DNA of 64,000 nucleotides from contig JASBRL010000175.1 of the NCBI GenBank assembly GCA_030149475.1, forward strand, positions 15,708 to 79,707. The letters are read 5' to 3'. Shown piece by piece: positions 55,211 through 64,000 of the stretch; position 1 is the stretch's first letter; every line of letters starts with the position of its first letter. The position numbers and the translations under genes are program-made. This DNA comes from Marinobacter sp. GTDB lineage: Bacteria; Pseudomonadota; Gammaproteobacteria; Pseudomonadales; Oleiphilaceae. The notes under the pieces are model-generated. The model made no database searches. It was not told the DNA's origin and was given only the letters and a program-made list of their open reading frames with translations.

Positions 55211-57037
55211 ATGGACGGTAAGACTCTGAAGCCCGACTTGACGGTGCCGGAACAGAAAATTGCAAGCCTGTCCTTCTGTGAATCATCACCCAGGGGGGTG
55301 CGCGACTGGGCACACGGTTTACCAATGGCCAACATCGGCGAGGTGTCCCGCCAGCTCTACCACGCCATCATTGAAATCAATCAGCTGTTCACCTCACCCC
55401 AGACCCGCCTACAACTGCTGGAACTGGTTCGTCCGAAGATTGGCTTTGTCTGTGCGGAACTGTCCCGCCATTATCTTGGGCTGGCGATCGCTCTGCCCGA
55501 GAAACAGCGCAAAATTGCCAACCTTTCCCAGGCGCTGCAGCTGCATTTGTCGGGGGGCTACAAGACCTGCGTAATGGAATTTCTGGATAACGGCGGTCTG
55601 GAGAAGAATCGCCGGCCCATCGCCACAGCCTGCCATCGGGCGTTAAGCGGCCTCGGCGCCACCATTGTCCGGTCTTATCAGCTTTACTGCCCCAGCCCCG
55701 CACGTAGCTGGCTTGAATGCCACCGGCTGTTCCGCTTCGCTCAGCGCAGCCGGCTGGCCGACGTAACGGTAGACGATGAAGCCCTCGCACACCGCAGCAG
55801 CAGTACGGTTGCGGACGCGTACAAGCGGATCCTTCTGCTTGGCTGCGGTCGTCCCAACCAGCTACGCCAGAATGAGGTGCTACAGGCCTATGACCTGTTC
55901 GAATCCTGGACGGAACTGACCCGCTGCACTGCCGAATTGAAAAACGATGCGCTCTTTATCGTCGACATGGAACGCGACGCACCGCCGGTTTATCGCAGCC
56001 TTGTCCAGCAGGAGAGCAGTGATGACAGTTTTGGCTTCGACACCATCGAATTATCAGAGCGAATAACCGGCCACCTGCACAGCCGGGACGGACATCGACA
56101 CGCGGACGACAAGCCCGGAATTCCGCTCCCCGCCGCCACCAGCGATACCCTGCTCAGTCATCTGGGACAGGCCCTGGGCGTGCTGACCAAGCGCAACTTC
56201 AACCGGATCGCGAGCCAGGGTCGGCTGGACGTATGCGTGGGCCTGACGGCCACCCATTTTTTCGTGGCCGGGGGCAAGAATTTCAACCAGTTCGTCTCGG
56301 GCAATGAACACGCGGGAATGGCCGACAGCGAGGAAAATCAGTTCCTGAGCGCAAGCCGGCGACGTAACGACGTCTGGGCTGGCACGCACGACACCGGCCC
56401 CGGTGATGATGTGCTGCGCTCAGCCGACAGCCCGATTACCTTTCGCGGCAGCGGCGGGTCGGTCGATAATCACCAAAAACAGAAAAACCACCCCCGGGCC
56501 TATTCCACCATTCTGCTGAATACCAGTCCGGGCGGTTACTGCGTGAACTGGGAAACCGATGTACCGCCGTCGCTCCAGGCGGGTGAAATACTGGGAATCC
56601 GGGAGCAGCCCACTCATCCCTGGAGTATCGCCGTGGTTCGCTGGATCCGACAGGCCAGGAATCAGGGAACCCGGGTGGGCATTGAACTGTTAGCCCCCAG
56701 CGCTTCGCCCTGCGGCATTCGTCTTATCCAGAAAATCGGCAACAGCAGCGAGTATCTGCGCGCCCTTCTGTTACCCGAAATAAGCGCCGTTAACCAGTCC
56801 GCCACGCTGATTACGCCGAGATTGCCGTTCCAGCCGGGCAGCCGTATCTCGCTGTTGCATGACGGTCGGGACGATCAGGGACAACTGTCCCGCCGGGTCC
56901 TGGCGACCGGCAGTGTCAGCCAGTTCGAACTGAAATTGCAGAATCGCTCCTTACGCGATACGCCCCTGCCGTCGCCGGATTCAGCATCCGGTCGTGCCAG
57001 CGAGGACGAGTTCGACTCGCTCTGGCCATCACTCTGA
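55211..57037 (+). CDS. fimW: FimW-like c-di-GMP receptor with a PilZ-type C-terminus
   Basis: LPMANIGE N-terminus, RNFNR and NTSPGG PilZ-like motifs, WSIAVVRWIRQ, GIELLAP; directly upstream of fimX as in P. aeruginosa. Confidence 0.75.
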   Translation: MDGKTLKPDLTVPEQKIASLSFCESSPRGVRDWAHGLPMANIGEVSRQLYHAIIEINQLFTSPQTRLQLLELVRPKIGFVCAELSRHYLGLAIALPEKQRKIANLSQALQLHLSGGYKTCVMEFLDNGGLEKNRRPIATACHRALSGLGATIVRSYQLYCPSPARSWLECHRLFRFAQRSRLADVTVDDEALAHRSSSTVADAYKRILLLGCGRPNQLRQNEVLQAYDLFESWTELTRCTAELKNDALFIVDMERDAPPVYRSLVQQESSDDSFGFDTIELSERITGHLHSRDGHRHADDKPGIPLPAATSDTLLSHLGQALGVLTKRNFNRIASQGRLDVCVGLTATHFFVAGGKNFNQFVSGNEHAGMADSEENQFLSASRRRNDVWAGTHDTGPGDDVLRSADSPITFRGSGGSVDNHQKQKNHPRAYSTILLNTSPGGYCVNWETDVPPSLQAGEILGIREQPTHPWSIAVVRWIRQARNQGTRVGIELLAPSASPCGIRLIQKIGNSSEYLRALLLPEISAVNQSATLITPRLPFQPGSRISLLHDGRDDQGQLSRRVLATGSVSQFELKLQNRSLRDTPLPSPDSASGRASEDEFDSLWPSL

Positions 57038-57174
57038 CGTCACTGCACGTGTTCCGTTATAACAAGCTCGACCGCTCCGCAGGTTCTTTCGGAAAGGGTT
57101 GTTATTGGCCATATTCCGCTGCATCATTCAGTGGTCAACCTGACAGACCATAGATTGTGAGAGATCGCTCAGGC

Positions 57175-59256
57175 ATGCAAAAAAAAAACGCGACGGTACA
57201 CCTGCTGATTCTGGACCCTTCCCAAAACGATTCCGAAACGCTGGTCAGCCTGCTCAGAAACGCCGGGCGGGCAACGCGTGCTCATCGAATCACCTCTGAG
57301 GAGGACCTGGAAGAAGCGCTGAAGACCGGACAATGGGACCTTCTGCTGGCCAGAGACGTGGAGCAGGACTTCAAGCCGGCGGACGCCCTGGGCATGATTC
57401 GCCGCATGGACAAGGACGTGCCTTTCATTCTGCTCACCGATGCATTCGACCGCGAGCAAACCGTGGCCTATATGAAAGCGGGGGCTCAGGACACGGTCCC
57501 CTTCGATTTTTCCGACCTGATCATCCTCACCGTTCGCCGCGAGCTTGCTGCCCTGGAGGAACGCCGCAAGCGCCGGGCGCTCGACTCCCACCTTCGCGAG
57601 GCCGAGCAGCGCTGCCAACTGCTGCTGGAAAGCTCCAAAGATGCGATTGCCTACATTAATGATGGCATGCACATTTATGCCAATCAGTCGTATATGGATT
57701 TTCTGGGTTACGACGACATCGACGAACTGATCTGCATTCCGATCCTCGATACTCTGGCACCAGACAGCCAGGGCGCGTACAGGGAATTCATGAAGTCATT
57801 TGCCCAGTCCGGTCAGGACGGTATCGCCCTGAACTGTGTTGCCCGGCGCAGCGATGGGCGTGAACTTAAAATCACCATGTCAGTATCATCTGCAACCTAC
57901 GACGGTGAACCCTGCACTCAGGTCGTCATTCAATCCGAACAGAGTGATGCCGAACTGGAAGAAAAGCTTCGTCAGATCAGCAGCCAGGATCTGCTCACCG
58001 GACTTTTTAACCGACATTACCTGATGGAGAAGCTCGGACACACAGTGGTCCTGGCGGGCGAAAAGAACGAAGCCGGGGCGCTCGCGTATATTGCGCTGGA
58101 TAATTTCATGGCACTGAAAGGGGAAGCGGGTATTGCGGGTGCAGACATGCTGCTTGCCGACCTTGCTGATTTGCTGCGCGACCAGGTCGACGACTCAATG
58201 GTTCTGGCCCGCCTGAGCGACGACGCATTCTGCGTACTGGCTCAACCCTGCACCGAAGACGCCATGATGACGCTCAGCGAAAATATTCGCAGAACGATAG
58301 ACGATCACCTGTTTGAACTCGAAGACCGGACCATCCAGTTGACGGTCAGCATCGGCGTCGCAGCCATTACCGAAAACTCTCCCAAAGCCGCTGATATTAT
58401 TGGCCGCGCTCATACGGCATCCGCCAGTGTCCGGTCCGAAGCGGAAGAAACCGGCAACGGAATCGTGCTCTACAACCCGGCCGACTATCATGATGCCAAC
58501 AGTGACAGCTCCGTTGAAGCCATTCAGAAAGCACTTGACGAGGACCGCTTCCGGTTACTCTTCCAGCCCATCATCAACCTGCGAGGCGAGGGCGAGGAAC
58601 ATTATGAAGCCCTCGTCCGGATGCTGGGCAAAGACGACGAGGAAGTCTCGCCCTACGACTTCCTGCCACCGCTCGGGCCGTCCGATATGGCCAACAAAAT
58701 TGACCGCTGGGTCATTCTGCAGACCATCAAACAGCTCTCCAACCATCGCTCACGGGGCCATGAGACGCGTCTGTTTCTCAATGTGACGGCGGAGACCATC
58801 CAGGACAAGACCTTTACGCCCTGGCTGAGCGTAGCCCTGAAAGCGGCCCGCCTGCCCGGCGATTCGCTGATCTTCCAGATTCGCGAGGTCGATGCCACGA
58901 ACTTCATGAAGCAGGCCAGGGAGTTTGCCAAAAATCTTCGTGAATTGCGGTGCAAGGTCTCAATCTGCCAGTTTGGCTGTGCGCTGAACCCATTCAACAC
59001 GCTCAAGCATGTCGATCTGGACTACGTCAAAATTGACGGCTCGTTTACCGAAGAGATCCAGAAGAGCGAAGAGGCCAGGGCCAGCGTGAAAGACATGGTG
59101 GAAACCCTGCGCAATGCCGGCAAACTGACCATCATTCCGCTGGTGGAAAATGCGACGGTGCTGGCCACCCTGTGGCAGGCCGGCGTTAATTACATTCAAG
59201 GCTACTATCTGCAGGCGCCAGTGCCGGAAATGAACTACGACTTCGGCGACCAGTGA
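57175..59256 (+). CDS. fimX: FimX-like REC-PAS-GGDEF-EAL protein with degenerate catalytic motifs
   Basis: REC-like N-terminus, PAS (DGMHIYAN), DLLTGLFNR, SDDAF for GGDEF, EAL, CQFG for DDFG, VKIDGSF. Confidence 0.85.
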   Translation: MQKKNATVHLLILDPSQNDSETLVSLLRNAGRATRAHRITSEEDLEEALKTGQWDLLLARDVEQDFKPADALGMIRRMDKDVPFILLTDAFDREQTVAYMKAGAQDTVPFDFSDLIILTVRRELAALEERRKRRALDSHLREAEQRCQLLLESSKDAIAYINDGMHIYANQSYMDFLGYDDIDELICIPILDTLAPDSQGAYREFMKSFAQSGQDGIALNCVARRSDGRELKITMSVSSATYDGEPCTQVVIQSEQSDAELEEKLRQISSQDLLTGLFNRHYLMEKLGHTVVLAGEKNEAGALAYIALDNFMALKGEAGIAGADMLLADLADLLRDQVDDSMVLARLSDDAFCVLAQPCTEDAMMTLSENIRRTIDDHLFELEDRTIQLTVSIGVAAITENSPKAADIIGRAHTASASVRSEAEETGNGIVLYNPADYHDANSDSSVEAIQKALDEDRFRLLFQPIINLRGEGEEHYEALVRMLGKDDEEVSPYDFLPPLGPSDMANKIDRWVILQTIKQLSNHRSRGHETRLFLNVTAETIQDKTFTPWLSVALKAARLPGDSLIFQIREVDATNFMKQAREFAKNLRELRCKVSICQFGCALNPFNTLKHVDLDYVKIDGSFTEEIQKSEEARASVKDMVETLRNAGKLTIIPLVENATVLATLWQAGVNYIQGYYLQAPVPEMNYDFGDQ

Positions 59257-60458
59257 CCTTCGCTTTCGCGGAAACCGATCAGGTACAGGATGGCATCCAG
59301 CCCCAGGGTTGATATCGAATGGCGTGCCGACTCCTTGACCAGGGGTTTGGCGCGAAAGGCTACACCCAGCCCCGCCTGACTCAGCATGGGCAGGTCGTTG
59401 GCGCCATCTCCGACTGCAATCACCTGCTCCCTCGACACCCCCTCGCGCCGGGCAATCTCCAGCAGAAGACGGGCTTTACGCTGACCATCGACAATGGGGC
59501 CGGATACCCGCCCGGTTACTTTACCGGACTCGATTTCCAGTTCATTGGCGTAAATGTAGTCAATGCCAAGCTTTTGCTGCAGATGGCGGGCAAAATAACT
59601 GAACCCACCGGAAAGGATGGCGGTCCGGTAGCCCAGGGCCTTCAGGCTGCCGATCAGCCGTTCGGCGCCCTCCGTTAATGTGAGGCGCGCCGCGATCCCC
59701 TCCAGCACTGACTCATCCAGCCCCCTGAGCAGCGCCAGCCGCTCGGCAAAGCTTTGACTGAAGTCCAGCTCGCCCTGCATGGCCCGTTCCGTAATGGCGG
59801 CCACCTGAGGCCCGACACCTGCCTCGTAGGCCAGCTCATCAATCACTTCCGCCTCAATCAGGGTTGAATCCATATCAAACACCACCAGTCGACGGTTACG
59901 GCGGAATATGGAATCCTCCTGGAAGGCGATATCGACATTCATCTCACCGGCAATGTGCAGGAAGTCTGACCGCAATTCCTCCGGGTCCTCCGGCGTGCCA
60001 CGGACCGAGAATTCCACGCAGGCGATGCGATTGTCCGACGGCTTGAGCGACGGACGCGCCGACAGCCGGCTGATGTTATCGATATTCAGGCCGTGGCGGG
60101 CGGTGATGGCCGATACCCGGGCGATCTGCTCGGCCTTGATATCGCGGGCCATCAGGGTAACGATGTAGCAGGCCCGGTTACGGCCCGCCGCCCACCGCAG
60201 ATATTCATCCTCGGTGATCGGCGCAAAATGAACCTGCAGGTCCAGCGCGTGCAGCCGGAACAACAGCTCCCGGATCACCGGTGAAGCCCGGGACTCATCG
60301 GGAATTTCGACCAGGATGCCCCAGGTCAGATGGTCATGAATGACCGCCTGACCGATGTCGAGAATCCGCACATCATAACGCCCCATGATGCCGGTTATTT
60401 CAGAGGTCAGTCCGGGCTTGTCACGGCCGGAGACGTTAATCAGAACCAGTTCACTCAC
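59235..60458 (-). CDS. serB: Phosphoserine phosphatase with N-terminal ACT domains
   Basis: SGRDKPG ACT domain, [11 protein letters not shown] motif, [13 protein letters not shown]; GTG start overlaps the parC stop. Confidence 0.95.
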   Translation of the reverse strand: MSELVLINVSGRDKPGLTSEITGIMGRYDVRILDIGQAVIHDHLTWGILVEIPDESRASPVIRELLFRLHALDLQVHFAPITEDEYLRWAAGRNRACYIVTLMARDIKAEQIARVSAITARHGLNIDNISRLSARPSLKPSDNRIACVEFSVRGTPEDPEELRSDFLHIAGEMNVDIAFQEDSIFRRNRRLVVFDMDSTLIEAEVIDELAYEAGVGPQVAAITERAMQGELDFSQSFAERLALLRGLDESVLEGIAARLTLTEGAERLIGSLKALGYRTAILSGGFSYFARHLQQKLGIDYIYANELEIESGKVTGRVSGPIVDGQRKARLLLEIARREGVSREQVIAVGDGANDLPMLSQAGLGVAFRAKPLVKESARHSISTLGLDAILYLIGFRESEGHWSPKS

Positions 60459-62754
60459 CGTCGCCAGACTCCCCGTCAGTTGCGGCCGTTGCCGGCGCCG
60501 CACGGATCACCTCCACGCTGTCTACCCGCTGAAGCCCACGAGGCAACTTATGCCCCCGCCGGCCCCGCTCGCCCAGGTAGTGCTCCAGATCGCTGAATTG
60601 CAGGCTCATCCGACGCTTGCCCGCCTGAACCTGCAATTGATCTTCAGGACTGAAGACGGCAATGGCCACCACGTATTCCTCCCGGTTCTGCACCCGGGCG
60701 GAGGGTATGCTGATGATCTTGTTGCCCTTCCCCCTGGCCAGCTCGGGCAGTTCACTGAGCGGAAACACCAGCATCCGCCCTTCGTTGGAGATGGCGGCCA
60801 GATGCAACTGGTCCGGCGGCCCCGGCGGTAACATCAACGGCGCCATAATGGATGCACCTTTGGGCACATTGACCACCGCTTTGCCGTTACGGTTCTTGCT
60901 GATCATGTCCTCCAGTGAGGTCACAAAGCCGTAGCCACCATCGGTCACCAACAGCACCTTGCGGGCTGGATCACCCATCAACAGACCGGCGAAGCTGGCG
61001 CCGGAGGGCGGGTTGATCCGTCCGGTCAGCGGCTCACCCTGGCCTCTCGCCGACGGCAGGGAGTGAGACAGGAGCGCGTACGCCCGCCCGGTTGAATCAA
61101 CAAATACAGCCTGCTGATTGTTGCGCCCTCGCACCGCCAGCGCAAAGCGGTCTCCGGCTTTGTAGCTTAGCCCCTCGGGCTCGATATCGTGCCCCTTTGC
61201 GGCCCGCACCCAGCCTTTTTCAGACAGCACTACGGTTACCGGATCGTTGGAAACCAGATCCAGTTCGCTGAAAGCGCGCGCCTCCTCTCTTTCGACAATG
61301 GGTGAACGACGGTCGTCACCGTATTTGTCAGAATCCTCCTGCAACTCCGATTTGATCAGCTCACGCAGGCGGTCCGCAGAACCGAGGATCGCCTGCAGCT
61401 CATCCCGCTCGCCGGCGAGTTCGTCCTGTTCACCACGTATTTTCATCTCCTCGAGTTTGGCCAGATGACGCAGCTTCAGTTCGAGGATCGCTTCGGCCTG
61501 ATCCTCCGACAACCCGAAACGGGCAATCAGTTCAACCTTGGGCTTGTCGTAGGAGCGGATAATCTCGATCACTTCATCGATATTCAGGTAGGCAATCAGC
61601 AGGCCTTCGAGTATGTGCAGCCGGGCCAGTACCTTGTCGAGACGATGCTGCAGGCGTCGGGTTACGGTGGTACGACGATAGGCCAGCCATTCCGTCAACA
61701 GTGTATGGAGGTCCTTGACCGCCGGACGGCCATCATTGCCAATCACGTTGACATTGACCCGGTAGGTCTTCTCCAGATCCGTACTGGCGAACAGATGCGT
61801 CATCAGACCGTCCTGGTCAACCCGACCCGAGCGCGGAATAATCACCAGCCGGGTCGGATTTTCATGATCAGACTCATCACGCAGGTCGGCCACCATGGGC
61901 AGCTTCCTGGCCTGCATCTGCTGCGCGATCTGCTCCAGCACCCGATTGCCGGATACCTGGTGGGGCAGATCCGTCACCACAATCTCGCCACCTTCATTGA
62001 TCCACCGCGCACGCATGCGGAGCGATCCGCGACCGGTCAGATACATCTGCCGCAAGTCCTTGCGGGGCGTAATAATCTCGGCCCGCGTGGGAAAATCCGG
62101 CCCCTTGATGTGCTCACACAACTGGTCCACCGTCACGTTCGGATCGTCCAGCAGGCGCATGCAGGCGGCAGCCACCTCACGCACGTTATGGGGCGGAATA
62201 TCCGTAGCCATGCCCACGGCGATGCCGGTGGTGCCGTTCAGCATAACGTGAGGCAGGCGGGCAGGCAGTGTGGAGGGCTCGTCCATGGTGCCATCAAAGT
62301 TGGGCACCCAGTCCACCGTCCCCTGCCCCAGTTCGCCCAGCAATACATCGGCGAAGGCAGCAAGTCTCGATTCAGTGTATCGCATGGCGGCAAAAGACTT
62401 GGGATCATCGGGAGACCCCCAGTTACCCTGCCCGTCAACCAGCGGGTAACGATAGGAAAAAGGCTGCGCCATCAGCACCATGGCTTCATAGCAGGCGCTG
62501 TCGCCGTGGGGGTGGAACTTACCCAGCACGTCACCGACGGTACGGGCCGATTTTTTGTACTTTGACGTAGACCGCAAACCCAGCTCGGACATCGCGTAGA
62601 TAATGCGGCGCTGGACCGGCTTGAGACCGTCACCGACATTCGGGAGCGCCCGGTCGAGAATGACGTACATGGAATAATCCAGATACGCTTTCTCGGTGTA
62701 ATCTCTCAGCGAAACGCGCTCAAACCCTTCATCCGATGTCTGAAACTCTGGCAT
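60451..62754 (-). CDS. parC: DNA topoisomerase IV subunit A
   Basis: [32 protein letters not shown], short C-terminal domain without a GyrA box. Confidence 0.97.
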   Translation of the reverse strand: MPEFQTSDEGFERVSLRDYTEKAYLDYSMYVILDRALPNVGDGLKPVQRRIIYAMSELGLRSTSKYKKSARTVGDVLGKFHPHGDSACYEAMVLMAQPFSYRYPLVDGQGNWGSPDDPKSFAAMRYTESRLAAFADVLLGELGQGTVDWVPNFDGTMDEPSTLPARLPHVMLNGTTGIAVGMATDIPPHNVREVAAACMRLLDDPNVTVDQLCEHIKGPDFPTRAEIITPRKDLRQMYLTGRGSLRMRARWINEGGEIVVTDLPHQVSGNRVLEQIAQQMQARKLPMVADLRDESDHENPTRLVIIPRSGRVDQDGLMTHLFASTDLEKTYRVNVNVIGNDGRPAVKDLHTLLTEWLAYRRTTVTRRLQHRLDKVLARLHILEGLLIAYLNIDEVIEIIRSYDKPKVELIARFGLSEDQAEAILELKLRHLAKLEEMKIRGEQDELAGERDELQAILGSADRLRELIKSELQEDSDKYGDDRRSPIVEREEARAFSELDLVSNDPVTVVLSEKGWVRAAKGHDIEPEGLSYKAGDRFALAVRGRNNQQAVFVDSTGRAYALLSHSLPSARGQGEPLTGRINPPSGASFAGLLMGDPARKVLLVTDGGYGFVTSLEDMISKNRNGKAVVNVPKGASIMAPLMLPPGPPDQLHLAAISNEGRMLVFPLSELPELARGKGNKIISIPSARVQNREEYVVAIAVFSPEDQLQVQAGKRRMSLQFSDLEHYLGERGRRGHKLPRGLQRVDSVEVIRAAPATAATDGESGDGE

Positions 62755-63007
62755 GGAGGCCTCTTATTGACGGTTGTTAATGGCTGCATCCGGCCCTGGC
62801 TCGTCAGCGCCGACGGCAGTTCCTGTCAGGTTGCACATTATATGGAGCCGGGGCGTCGGACACCAATCTGTTACGTCAGGCCAGCGACCCGCTGGCTTTA
62901 AATAGCGGAATTCACGCATGGAGGCGACACACCCCAACTCGTATTCTCGAAACCGAGTCATTGGGTTACTGTTCTGCAACATTTCTGAACCGGTCCGAGC
63001 AGACACT

Positions 63008-63256
63008 ATGAAAACGACCATGAAAGCCTGTCGACAAGCCATGATCACCGCCTTCATCAACGGACTGCTCGCGTTGGCGCTGATGCTGCTGGTTGAATTT
63101 TCAATCAGCGGTACCCTGCGGGCAGCCCAGCCCTATCTATGGGCCGGCCTGCTCATCGCGCTGGTGATCTTTATTGCCCAGTTCTACCGCCAGTTGCGCT
63201 TGTGCCGCTGCAATGAGAGCCGTCAACCTGAAAACGCAGATTCCCCGGGACACTAG
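63008..63256 (+). CDS. Small two-TM hypothetical membrane protein
   Basis: Two hydrophobic segments; start uncertain; family not recognised. Confidence 0.55.
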   Translation: MKTTMKACRQAMITAFINGLLALALMLLVEFSISGTLRAAQPYLWAGLLIALVIFIAQFYRQLRLCRCNESRQPENADSPGH

Positions 63257-63666
63257 CAACGGTCACGAATCAGTATTTGACCTTCGTCGGATACGGATTT
63301 TACGGATTGAGACTGAGCGCCTTTCCGCTAACATGGTCGCTGAACGGGCCGTGGAGGCGCCAGAGCACTGCGCACACGCCTATCACAAGAAGCCAACGGG
63401 AGCCTGCACCATGGAAGCGGAATTCGACGAGCGCGTTGCTGTACCCAGCAATAACTGATCAGGCGCCGCCCAAACGCCGGCGCACGAACATCAAGTCCTT
63501 AATGTCATGAAATACTGGTAATTTTACCGGGAGTTTGGCATTCTCTTCTCAAGGGCGAGCGCTGTGCGGCGATTCGACGCTGCTTGCCCAACCGTGCAAA
63601 ACAGGTTGGAACATCGCAGGTCGGGATTGTTCTGACGTATTCGTTAAACAATGTCTGTCCTGATAT

Positions 63667-64000
63667 ATGCCACCAACGTTGCCTCAATTACCGGCGCTCC
63701 CGGAACTGGACGTTATCGGCCCGATGCTGACCCAGTGCGACTCCGGGTGGAGTGCAACCTTCCAGGGCCTGACACTGCGTACGGCGCTGCAGCCCATTTT
63801 CAGCATTTCACACAAGCGGGTGGTGGGTTACGAGGCACTGATTCGGGCGTTTGATACCGATAATGCGTCTGTGCTTCCCCTGCACCTGTTTCAGCTACCT
63901 GCGTCTGAGCCGGAGAATATTCTGCTGGACCGGCTGTGCCGCTATCTGCACGTAAAGAACTACGCCAGTTTCAATGATTCCCTGAACTGGCTGTTTCTGA
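63667..64000 (+). CDS. EAL-domain protein, partial (runs off the window)
   Basis: Hand translation: ...TALQPIFSISHKRVVGYEALIR...LDRLCRYLH...WLFL; open to the window end and absent from the ORF track. Confidence 0.85.
   Translation, partial: MPPTLPQLPALPELDVIGPMLTQCDSGWSATFQGLTLRTALQPIFSISHKRVVGYEALIRAFDTDNASVLPLHLFQLPASEPENILLDRLCRYLHVKNYASFNDSLNWLFL

Overview
A 64-kb, GC-rich (roughly 60% by eye) stretch of core chromosome from a gammaproteobacterium; gene order and protein style suggest Marinobacter or a close relative (inference). It is almost all housekeeping genes: gatCAB, a PilZ protein, cysDN-yejK, miaB-phoH-ybeY-corC-lnt, leuS-lptE-holA, two acyl-CoA dehydrogenases behind a tandem PsrA-type operator, a shortened bioB-bioF-bioD operon with a BirA operator, comF, srkA-cmoAB, the nnr-tsaE-amiB-mutL-miaA-hfq-hflXKC-hisZ-purA run, queG, orn, rsgA, motAB, psd, epmA-efp-epmB, fimW-fimX, serB, parC and a partial EAL gene. 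I saw no rRNA, tRNA, CRISPR array, prophage or transposase, and no clear multi-gene novel system. The least expected signal is a family of non-coding elements sharing an IS5-like terminal repeat (GGAASCTCTGATYAAGYCT): a 266-bp copy in the efp/epmB spacer, a 55-bp ends-only copy inside the loop of the hflC terminator, and fainter remnants in three other intergenic regions. Other points worth checking are the missing bioC/bioH, a vestigial APS-kinase domain on CysN, and an orphan flagellar rod/hook C-terminal mini-protein.
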